A stretch of 64,000 nucleotides of DNA from Paraspadella gotoi (taxonomy: Eukaryota > Animalia > Chaetognatha), in NCBI GenBank assembly GCA_051294375.1, contig CM119265.1, forward strand, positions 15,538,963 through 15,602,962, written 5' to 3'. The notes under the pieces are model-generated. The model did no database searches, was not told where the DNA came from, and saw nothing but the letters and a program-made list of their open reading frames with translations. Shown here in pieces: positions 23,120 to 42,853 of this stretch. A program made the translations under genes and the position numbers. Within the stretch, counting starts at the first letter, position 1, and every line of letters starts with the position of its first letter.

Positions 23120-26100
23120 TTATTGGAACGGCGTCAAGTATTCCTTGAGCGGGATAGAATCGCGAGCCAACCAAGCCTCTTGCAAACGGATGGTTTCGAT
23201 AGACTGCTGGATGGTGCGTTCGGCTGAGGGGGCCGGGTGCGACTCGAAAAATGACGAGATCTCTTTGGCCTTGGGGGAAGATCAAAATAAACGGATTCAG
23301 AATACATTGTAGGAAATATTATGTAATATATTTTTTTATTAATCTGATTACCATAGCTTCACTGGCAAATCCCTCGGTCGTGAACTTGACCAGACGGGCC
23401 TGCAAGAATCCTCCAGGATAGCGTTTGTAAAAATCGTCCCAGCGGTTTTTTACGAAGCTCCAAGCCATGTCGCGTCCGAGCTTGGTGTGAGTGCACCCGC
23501 CCACAACGAAAACCGTGTCCTTAGTTTAGTAAGAATAAAAAATAAGACCAAAAATAATCAATAAAATGTAAATATTAATGAAAAGCACTGACCTGTGATC
23601 TGACTTCGTCGGAAAGCGAAAACTCGAGCACCCGCTTGATGAGTTCACGTTTCTTGACGCGTCCCAACACTCGCAGGATTCTCACTTTCTCTTCGTGAAG
23701 GTCGGCGGCGCGGAAAAGATCCAAAAGCTGAATTGAAGAAACGAGAGAACTTGATGCATCATCCTATTTCTCGGGGGGGGGGGAGGAAAATCAGAGAAAA
23801 AAAAACCTGATCAAAATGTTCATCTTCTCCGTGTTCAAGCACCGTGATGTAGACCGCGGATCGAAGATCTAAAGACAATTGTAACTTTTATTGAAATGGT
23901 TAAAATTTTTTAACATAGCTAAAATCATGCGCGAAAAAAAATCTATGTACCGGCAGGGATGACCGCGGAGCCTTCGATATAAGCGGCGAAACGTTTCTTC
24001 GCCTCAGCCACCGCTTCTTCAAGTCCATAGGAGCCAACCTTGGCAAGTACCAACGCTCGAAGCATCGCGGTCAAGTAGCCTTCGCCCTCCTCGGCCGTCC
24101 AGCCCACGTGATTGTAAACTTCCGCGAATAGATTCCGTCCAAACGCGGAAAAGGAGGCTGAGGTTGAAAAAAGGGAAAAAAGTTTAGCGACGGCGGGAGC
24201 GGATGACCAACGTTTGGTGTAAAACCTTCGTAATCCGTATGGGAAATCAGGGTCGAGAGTATTCCTAAAGCGGAGGAAATGTCAGTCCAGACGGTGAAGT
24301 TCTTTTCGCCCTTAAAAACCTCCAAAACTTTTAAGTATTCCACGACGGATATCTTTCCTAATGAGGACAGGGTAAGGGGAAAAATATGTGTGAAAGAAAT
24401 GGCAAAGCCCCTTTCCCTTAGAAAAACTCACCAGCCTTGGACAGGGCAAAAATGTCGTTCTGCAAGCCAAGCCTGTCCCTGGGCGGAAGCTGACCCTTCT
24501 CGATTCCCGCTTTCAATAGAGCCAAGAGTTCATCGTCGTAGGAAGTGCGGAAGACGCCGACGGTGCCGGGATTCATCTTGATCCAATGATCGGCCGGCAC
24601 GTCATCCAGCTTTACCGAGGTCACCTTCGTCTCGAGTAGGGACTGGGAGGATGAGGGCGATTTTAAAGAGTTAGTACAATACATAATTTATTTAGTAAAC
24701 TTTTTGGTCATCACCTTCTCCCTCTCATCGGTCGGATTGGCCTGGGTACAAAAGGAAATAGGAACCAGCCAAGTCGTCTCGGATCCTTTGGCTTCCTCGG
24801 AACCGTCGGCCGAGAACTTAGATTGAGAGATGACGAGGTTAACGGAATCTTCCGTCCTCGCCGCCGCCGAAACTGTCAGCAACGGAAATCCCATCTGCTT
24901 CGTCCACGTCGTCATAACCTGAAGGTTGAAAAAGAAAAGATAATCGCTTTAAGAATGAATAGCAAGACTGCTAGAGTCTAGGAGACTGCACTTTTCGTAC
25001 CTTGTTGACCGGCTTTCCACTGGCCGTGCCCAAAGAGGCCCATAGATCTTCCGTAGAGGCGTTCTGAATGAAAATAAAAAGCAATTTTGCTGGGGAAAGT
25101 AAACGCAGCTTCTTTAAAGCGTCTTTCGTCCTTACCTTGTACTGAAACTTGGTGAGGTAATCATTCATTCCTTTGCGAAAATCTTGATCGCCGATGTAAT
25201 CGTGCAGCATCCGTATAACGGAAGCGCCCTGGGGTCGTCAAGCTTCGTTAATATCTGCGTCAGACCTCTATCAAACGACCGAGCACCTTTACCTTAGAGT
25301 AAGAGATGGCGTCGAATATTTCGTCGACTTCGGCAGGATGGCCGACCGGAACTTCGATCGGATGAGAGTTCTTGAGAGCGTCCAATTCCAGAGCGCGCAT
25401 GTAGTCCGAAGTTACAAATTGTGTCCATATGTCGAATTCTGACGAAAGCGCACGAGAAAAAACGTTACAGTGATAATATACATTATACAAAGATTTGGGG
25501 AAAAAACACGGACCCGGAATGCAATGATCCACGCAGAGGTACTCGATCCAGGAAGCGAATCCCTCATTTAACCACAAGTGGGTCCACCATTCCATTGTGA
25601 CCAGGTTACCAAACCATTGATGAGCTAATTCGTGACCCACCACTAGCGCCACCCATTGTTTCGTGGAGGCGGATGAGTTCTCTGGGTCAATCAGTAGCGC
25701 CGTCTCGCTATTGGAAAGAGGAAAAATGGGAGTTTTCAGGGAAAAACGGCAGCGATTTATTAGTTATGGTTGTGAGTTTTACCGATACGTTACGAGGCCC
25801 CAATTTTCCATGGCGCCGGCGGCGAAGTCGGGAATGGCAATGAGATCGATCTTGGGAAGCGGGTAGGCGATGCTGAAGTAGTCTTTGTAGAATGGAAGCG
25901 TCTTGACGGCAACGTCGAGAGCGAATTCACCCTGAAAGAAAATTATTGTAAGCTATGAAATATTTTAATCACAAAGTATGAAAAATAAAGACTAACCTGT
26001 TCTTTCTTGCCAAGAGGAGTGTAGACTCGCACCAGAACTCCGTCATTCGAAGTTCCTTCGACAAAATCAAACTCGCCCACAATGAAGGCCAAAAGGTAGG

Positions 26101-27844
26101 TCGACATGATGGGCGTCCTCTCGTAACTGTGAGTAAAGAGAGTGATTGGAAGGAAGCGGAAATAATAATAAACAAAAGAGAATCCCGAGGAAGAATCCTT
26201 TCACCTCACGACTTTCCAACAGCCGCAATCGTCCTTAGGAAGGCTAGTCTCCTTCTTGACGGGCATGTTGGAGAGCGCGACTCTATCCCTGGGCACGACC
26301 AGCGTTACGTCGAAAGTGGCTTTGAGCGCGGGTTCGTCCCAACACGGAAAGGCCCGTCTGGCATCGGTCGCCTCGAACTGGGTGCAGGCCAGAACGCGGT
26401 CCTCGCCGTCCGGGGATTTGTAGTTACTCCGATAAAATCCCTTGGGAAAGCGATAGGGAAAGGAAAACGGAAAAGGTGAATGGATATTCCAGACAATATC
26501 TTGCATTAGGATCGATAAAAAGCCCGCATGACGCTGCAGCGAGTTGAATAAAAAATGGTTAGTGCTGCCTCAGCGTCCGAGACTAAAGCCACTTTCGACC
26601 GAAACGGCAGGCCGATTCCAGTTTTGTGCTATGCAAGCAACCGCTACCATAAATTGACGCACCCAACAACTTTCCATCCTTCTTCCCCCGCAAGGGGACA
26701 GGATGGTTTTGAGGGCATGTTGGACAAGGCCGTCAACGCCTCAGGCACGACGAGGGTAAGGTCGAAGGTGGCTTTCAAGGTGGGTTCGTCCCAACACGGG
26801 AAGACCCTTCGGGCGTCGCAGGGACACAACATGGTGCATGCCATAGCCATTCTTTCGCCAGCAGCATTTTTGTACGAGCTTCTATATAAACCCTGAAAAA
26901 ATGTTTATCGCTAGGGCTTTGTTACAAGCTGTATTTAATTTTTTGTTCAATTAGGAATTACTACCGTATTTTTAAAAAAATGAAAAATTCTGACAGTATC
27001 ACCCGGCATTATCAAATGACATCCATCTTGCCCCGAGTTAAATTCGAGCGAACAGCTCACCTTCATTTTGTCGTTGAGTTCCCCCGTGAATTTCATGGCA
27101 ATTTGTCCCTTTCCCAGAGGCAGAGGCCCATCAAAGCAGAGGACCGCGACTTCCTCGTCGGCAAGGTACTTCACGGTCGGCACGATCCCATCGTTGGGCT
27201 TGACCCCGTCGCCCGAAACGTCTGATTATTGAGCATCAATCAGAAAAAAATACTACTGAAACAATTAAATAAAAAAGACAATCTGTTCACAAAGTAGGAG
27301 TAACCTGTAGGACGTTTGAAGGAAACCTCTTGGATGACGATGTCGGCGCAGTTAAGTCTAATTTCTTTAGTCGGTTTCGCGACGTCGACTTGAATGGTTT
27401 GCGATCCTTCGAACGTGAACTTGGTCAGGTAAGGTCGCAATCTGTTTTAGAAAAGGATAAGTCAACGCGAGGCGCATGGGTTTGATTTGGCAAAAAAAAT
27501 CCGACTCGCCTGAGATCATAGTGCACCGGAACGACGTCATCGGACAAGCGCTCAAAGGGTTTCTTCTCCGCGACTGGCATTTCTTCCTCTTTTCTGACGG
27601 GCGTGGCGATGGCGCTGTAGAGTCGATGAAACGAAGAAGGGACGAGCGTTGGCGAAAAAGGACTGAGTCCTGTGAATCTCTCGGTTCGCGATTGGGCGAT
27701 GAGGGGGCCTGATCGTGTGAGGGTCAACGTTGGTCGAAGACTCGAGAATCGGGACAACGGGCAAAGACTCGAAATTCCCAGCGACGGCGGACGAAGGAAT
27801 GAATGCAGCTTAACAGTAAAAATACTGATTGAACGACGAGCCAT
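23120..27844 (-). CDS. NPEPPS: Puromycin-sensitive aminopeptidase (M1 family)
   Basis: [87 protein letters not shown]-terminal [14 protein letters not shown]. Confidence 0.96.
26663..26892 (-). CDS. NPEPPS: Alternative (mutually exclusive) duplicate exon of NPEPPS
   Basis: Paralogous to exon 26440-26205, with the same phase-0 start and phase-2 end, open frame and intact splice sites. Confidence 0.85.
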
Positions 27845-27931
27845 AAAAATAAAACTGAACCGAGGAGATAACAAGAGGCTAAAAAAGAAACGGTAGTGTT
27901 TATAAATAATATTTAAATAAAAGGTCGCCGT

Positions 27932-30900
27932 TTAAGAGGGTTCGACCATAAGTATTTCAGAGTCCTCATCAACGCCGTCGTCTTCGTGAGGCACCAATTC
28001 GGTCGGGGGGGGAGAAGTCAAGGAGAAAATGACCGGAACTTGACTCAAGTGAGGATTCGTCTTCTCCAAACACTTTATCCAAGACATTAGGAGATCGTGA
28101 GAGAATTCCTTAAAGAAAATTATTCTCAGAGAATTCACCGCGAAATGAAATCGGAGTGCAGCACTAGGAGCGAGGGTGCTTACCTCCAAAACTGCCAGCG
28201 ACAGAATCACGCCGTCCTCTTGTTCGTGGCACGAAGGCCGCTTGGCCAAAGGATTCTTCCGTTGAACCCCTCCAAAGGCTTGTCGCATCGGGTCGCACTC
28301 TAAAATCTCGTCTAAGTCTTTTGATAAACGAATGTGCTCTTCGAAAGGAAGTTCTAGTGACGAAAAAAAAACAGAAAAATCATTAGTTCGTTGAGAAAAC
28401 GTGGTTCACATGCCCTGCAAAGGCCCGCACTCACGCTCAGGGGGCGGAGGTCCCGGAGGGGCCCATAAAACAAAATGATCCACTTTGAAACCTCGGAGCC
28501 AAAGTGCGAAAGGACCCTTGACGTAGATCGCTTGGTCGGTCGGCAAACGAGAAATTAGCTCGCTCTGCTTGGGGCTGATTCCGGAGGCGATCCAAGGTTT
28601 CGTCGAGTCGTTAAACTATAATAGAAATTTTCACACGTTATATCAAAATCAATTGGAAAAAAAAAGTTCTCGCGTCTGATCACCTTTTCTTGACGGTCGA
28701 CTTCATAAAAAGAGATTTGATTTTCAAGATCGACGCAGATTCTCTCCAGAGCCATCTTAGCAATGTCCCGAGGATCCTCTTCCTCCACCTTTAGTGGAAT
28801 CGGCGGAAATGGCGAAGAGTACCGGAACTTCGGCATCCAGTAGGTCATACGCCGAAACTTGTAGTACTGCGCGAGGTTAAGAGGGAGGTATGAATGTTGA
28901 TGTACTAATCTATCCTGATCAGGGGCGGCGAGAGAAATGGCGCCCCCCCCGCTCTCCATAATTTTAGTTTTCGATTACCGACTTTCGGCCTTGAAAATTG
29001 CTCCAGTGCTCAAACTTCTGCCTCCAGGACTTGCAACCTGGTATTGGTGTTTTACTGACACTTTTTTTTTAATTCACAATTATTGTGACTCTCCTTTCTT
29101 GTCTGAGCGAGGGGTCTAAATTTGTTAAACCTTTGACTTGATGAGATTTAGCAATAGAGATAAAATATAATATATATAAATATATAAATTAATAATAACC
29201 CAAGTCCCAAAGAAAAGGATTATCGTGTATGCTATCATTGCTTTGGGTACGATCTCATAAAGTATTGTGGGGCCCTCATTGATTTTAAACCAAGTCATAA
29301 GAACTTTCCTTTGAAATTGTTTGTTTTTTACCTCTAGAAGGGCACTAACTGACCGAATTAGTGACCCCATTAAAAGTGAAATGGACTATATCCTGAAACA
29401 GTTTGGACATTACCAATGGGTCTTGATTTGATTTAAATAGGGGCCCAACTTGACCCCTAAAGTCTAAAGGGGCCCCAAGCATGATCTTACCTGAATTTGA
29501 TCAGTAAGACTAATCTGCACAGACTGAACCTTTTTTCATAATCACTCAATTCCTTTTTTTTCTTCTTTATTTTTTTTTCTTTATTTTTTTTCTTTATTTT
29601 TTCTTCTTCTTTATTTTTCTTTTCTTCTTTTTTCTATCTTCCCAGGGGCCCCTCGCCTGAGGCGAGGGTGTCCCCCCCTCTCGCCACCCCTGATCCTGAT
29701 ACCTCTCCATTCTAACCGCGCGACTATGTTCGGAGAAGATGGCCTTCAATTTCTCGCCAAACTCTTTGTCGGGAATGACCCGCTTTTCTTCCATATAACA
29801 CATTACGTCCATGGCGCAATCCTGCTGTCGCGGATAATGGGTAAAGGTCGCCTGGATTCGGCTCTTTGGAATATAAGGTCCCTGCGAAACAAAATAATGA
29901 TAAAACAAAGCTAGATAATGGGAATTGGGGGGGGGGGGTAAGAACAATCTCTAGCCGTCTCTCAAAAACACCTGCGGAAACAAGTCTAATATGGCCTTGA
30001 AGGCGTCCAAATCCTTTTCCAATTTGTACTCTTTTAACAGATTGGTGGCTTTATATATGAACTCGACGTGACCTCTTCTATAGTATGGATCCACATTGCA
30101 GAACATCTTGATAGCCTTCTCGAAACCCTTCTTTGTTTTCCCGCCTTCCTAAAAAAGCCGATATAAGTTTCAAACAATAATAGCTTTAAAACCATTTATT
30201 AACTGGTTTTCATATTTTTGTGTTATGTTCTAGTTACTAAGCCTGCGAAAGAGTTTAAACACATAAATGTTTCCAATAGTAACAAGTTTAACGGAGGCTA
30301 TGAAAATTGCAAAATTACTTGTTTCACTATTTTAAGTCTTAGATTTTATAATATTCCTTAAAATTATATATTTCAAATTATAAATATTTTATTATTATTT
30401 CTTTAATTAATTTTGCTTTTTGATAATCTAAATCTGAAAATATTATATTATTAATGGGAGAGGGTTATTAGTGTTGTCTTCTGGAAATACAAGGTTATAT
30501 TACTTCCTACCCTAGTTTTTTAAATAGATATCACACATTTCTGTAAGAAAATCATTAATGATAACATCATAATATCTAAAGAAAGGGTGGAATCGGTAAT
30601 TTTTTTGGAGACGACGGTTATGTCTCATTTTTAAATTTTTTTTTTATTTTCTTAAGGATAAGTCTACTAAGTAGAATCGCATGCTCTGATAGGGATACTT
30701 AATGGGGAAAAAATAAGAGCACCTTTATATTTTGAGTGTAATTTTTACTAATTATTTTAAATGTTTTATTATATATATTTTTTTTCTGTTTAAAACTTTA
30801 AATTAATGTATATTTTAAGACATGAAGGACATCAGTTGGGAACCTATACCCTTCCTGGATTTCGGCCCTTTAATCCCAATAACCAAGTAAAGGCGAGCTA

Positions 30901-31573
30901 TATATTACTCTCACCCTTTTCTCCACGTCTTCGAAAAGGTTGTTCCGAAGAGTAAAATCGAACTTGGGTGGATTCTTGCGGTCGCCAATCAACAGCGGTT
31001 TCCCTTTATATCTCGGATTTATGACATCGTTGGGCATAACTTGAGGCTTTCGCCGTCCGCTAAGATCCTTGTCAGGTTGCATTACATCGGGAAGCCTGAA
31101 AGCGAAGAGAAAACCGCAACCGCGAAACTGCCGATTCAAGGGGAAGATCGAGTGACCCACCCTTTATCCGCCGCGAATATCCGCGGCGACGTCTCCGCAT
31201 CCACGTTGACGATGACGTCGTATTTTTTGAGCGCCGCCAAATCCCCGCTTATTTTGTCGGGCCGGACGGCGGAGTCCTTTCTTCGAAGGTCGATGATATC
31301 GACGTCGCCGATCTCTCCAATTTCTAGAGCGTTTTCTTCGTCGTCCGCATCGGCGCTGACAGAGGAAACCGCCTTCTCCTCAGTCTTTGATAATCGTCCG
31401 AGACGAGTTCTCGTTCCAAACTTTCGGCAGCTACTCCCACGGGATAACTGGCCCCCCGACGTTGGGCCACGCGCCCGCCCGCTGAGATGAAGACGTTCAG
31501 CGAAAGTCGTCGTGGATCGGAAAGCTGTCACCCGTATAAGGCGAAATGAAACGCCTTGTATTGCTAAAGCCAT
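27932..31573 (-). CDS. ECSIT: ECSIT (mitochondrial complex I assembly / Toll pathway intermediate)
   Basis: RRGHVEFIY, FPQGPYIPK...FTHYPRQQDCAMDV...ME...VIPD, YWMPKF, YVKGPFALWLR, HEQEDGVILSL; basic mitochondrial-type N-terminus. Confidence 0.92.
28920..29692. mobile_element. hAT-type MITE in an ECSIT intron
   Basis: TIR CAGGGGCGGCGAGAG / CTCTCGCCACCCCTG; perfect 8-bp TSD ATCCTGAT at 28912-28919 and 29693-29700. Confidence 0.9.
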
Positions 31574-32512
31574 TTAGATTGTTTGGATGTTTACTCAATA
31601 TTAAGAGTCGAAAGGTCTCTGAAACCGACGGTTTGTTTCCATATATATGAATATAGAATTTAAAATTTAATTAACTGAAGTAATGCAACGCAATAACAAA
31701 GTATAAAAGAACTAGAATATTGCTTTCTGTTAATGTTACAGAGACAGCGACGAATATTTGATTAGGGAACTAAAATAAGAGTTCTACTTAGGAAATGAAA
31801 AATGACTTGAATAGTATGATTCAGGTCAAATTTTATATATTTCGTCCTGTAAGTTGATAATTTTTGAAAACGTTAATCTCTAATTTTTGATAAAATTATC
31901 ACGTTAGTTATCATATATCCAAAAAAAACCTTGAAAGCTGCGTTAGAAATGTTGGACAACGGCAGCAAAAATAATTGTTAAAAGACGGTTTAAGGTCATA
32001 AAATTATAAATCTCAAAGCTATAACTTAAAACGGTAATCAAATTGTTTTAGGAAAAAATCACATCAAGACTCTCTAGTTATAGGAAAGTAACATTGAATA
32101 TTCTTCTTGTACATAATTTATAAGGCTATTAAAAAATCATGAAATATTTCTTAATGCCAAGATAGTAAGCAGATAGCCACAAAAACAGGATCAAAGCGTC
32201 TCGGTGATTCGGGCTCACAAAAACAACGTTCTGGCTTTAAGTATTACCAATACTATTTCCAGAATCGAATTAGGGACTTGAGGGCGTTTCTCAAGCTACA
32301 AAGCCTAACGAGAACACAAAGGATATCGAACTCGCAAACAAGTAATGGACGGCCTCCGAAAAAAGTCAAATACAGGATGCGAACATAGGAAGAAACCGTG
32401 ATAGCGAGTAGAGTTAGAAAGCGGTGGCTCACTTTTCAGAAAAAAAAAACCCTCTGTTTATCGAAAGTGGAAGTGTGTAATTTGTGTAAACACTAAACAA
32501 TTTTGAATTTTC

Positions 32513-32549
<37 letters not shown>

Positions 32550-32950
32550 CACAAAAAACAAGACTAGATAAGGCTCAGAGCATTGTAAGAAATCCAGAAA
32601 TTGTATATGATAAACGGGTGAAAAAAATCATTGGTGAACTCACTTTTCAACGATATTGCGAAAAAAAGGGATAGAAAAGAATCAAGTAATCACTGGCATG
32701 AAAAAGCTTTTGTTCATTTTGACCGCTTCCCCACCGGCAACTCCTCCCAGCCCGGAAAAACGGAGCGACCATATCAATTGACCCCCATACGGAAACGGCA
32801 TTGATTAATGTTGATGTTGGGCGAGGGGGTGTTGGTGGTGGTGATCTTGCACGACTGAAGTGTGTGGCGTCGGTAGGACGGGGAGTGGGTTGGCGGCGAT
32901 GGCTAAGAATGGGGGGGGGGACTGTCACACAAAATATATCCAAAAAATTG

Positions 32951-41932
<8,982 letters not shown>

Positions 41933-42853
41933 GATTTACCACTGAACAAATGGAATTCACAAACTGTTAATAAAGCCCAAAATTCAAATGCTTTTAAAAT
42001 TAGAACTTACATGGAATCTTCGCAGGATAAAATTCGCTGCAACCTCACTATTTTTTGAAATTTTTAGTCAATGTAAAAATGTGTGCAAATACCCTTCTCT
42101 TGTTGGAAAGGGACAATCGTCAATATTGAAACATTGTCCTTCAATGATAGATTAACTATCATTGAATCGCCAACACTCGACAATAATTGTTCATCTTATT
42201 TATTCGTCGGTAGCCGACGTTTCACAGGGGGCGGACCATGCTCTGAAAAAAAATGACTTTTCAATTAAATATGATAAAAAGTTGTAAAAATACGACACGT
42301 AGCTAAGACATGATTGGGAATTATGAAATATGGAATATTCCAAACAGAAATAAGTACAAATCACCCGAAACTTTTTCGTAGGTAAATAGGAGCAAGAGTA
42401 TCACAGAGAAAGACCCCTGCAGCCCGACTTTCAAACTTTGTTATCGATATCAGGCACTGACGGCTTTCAAAATCACCATTCTACGTAGACACGTTGTATT
42501 TCGATCCTGACCTTGTCATCCGGAAATTTTTGAACGCTCATAATAACGGCGCTTTCACTTTTAGTCAAATTTCGACTCAAAATTTACTCTTTTAAAAGTT
42601 TAATACAAACAAAAAATTTAATGTGACTACCATTCTAAGGAATACTTACGACAAATAATACTGTGTTTCAAACTGTTTACTAATTTTTCCTTTGCTATAC
42701 GAGAACTAGTCGGTAGTGAATATTTGTAAAGACCGACTAGTGGTTGAATGGTTGTGCTTCATTTATCCTCTATTGCACAAATTATAAAACGGAGATGAGA
42801 GTATTAAAGAAATACAAATGGATTATCATTATGGAATAAATTAATTAACGCCT

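Noticed and set aside
26441-27060. Docking/selector pairing around the NPEPPS duplicated exons
   Set aside because: Only short, non-collinear complementary patches (TTATCG, GGGCTTT) were found by eye, which is not convincing.
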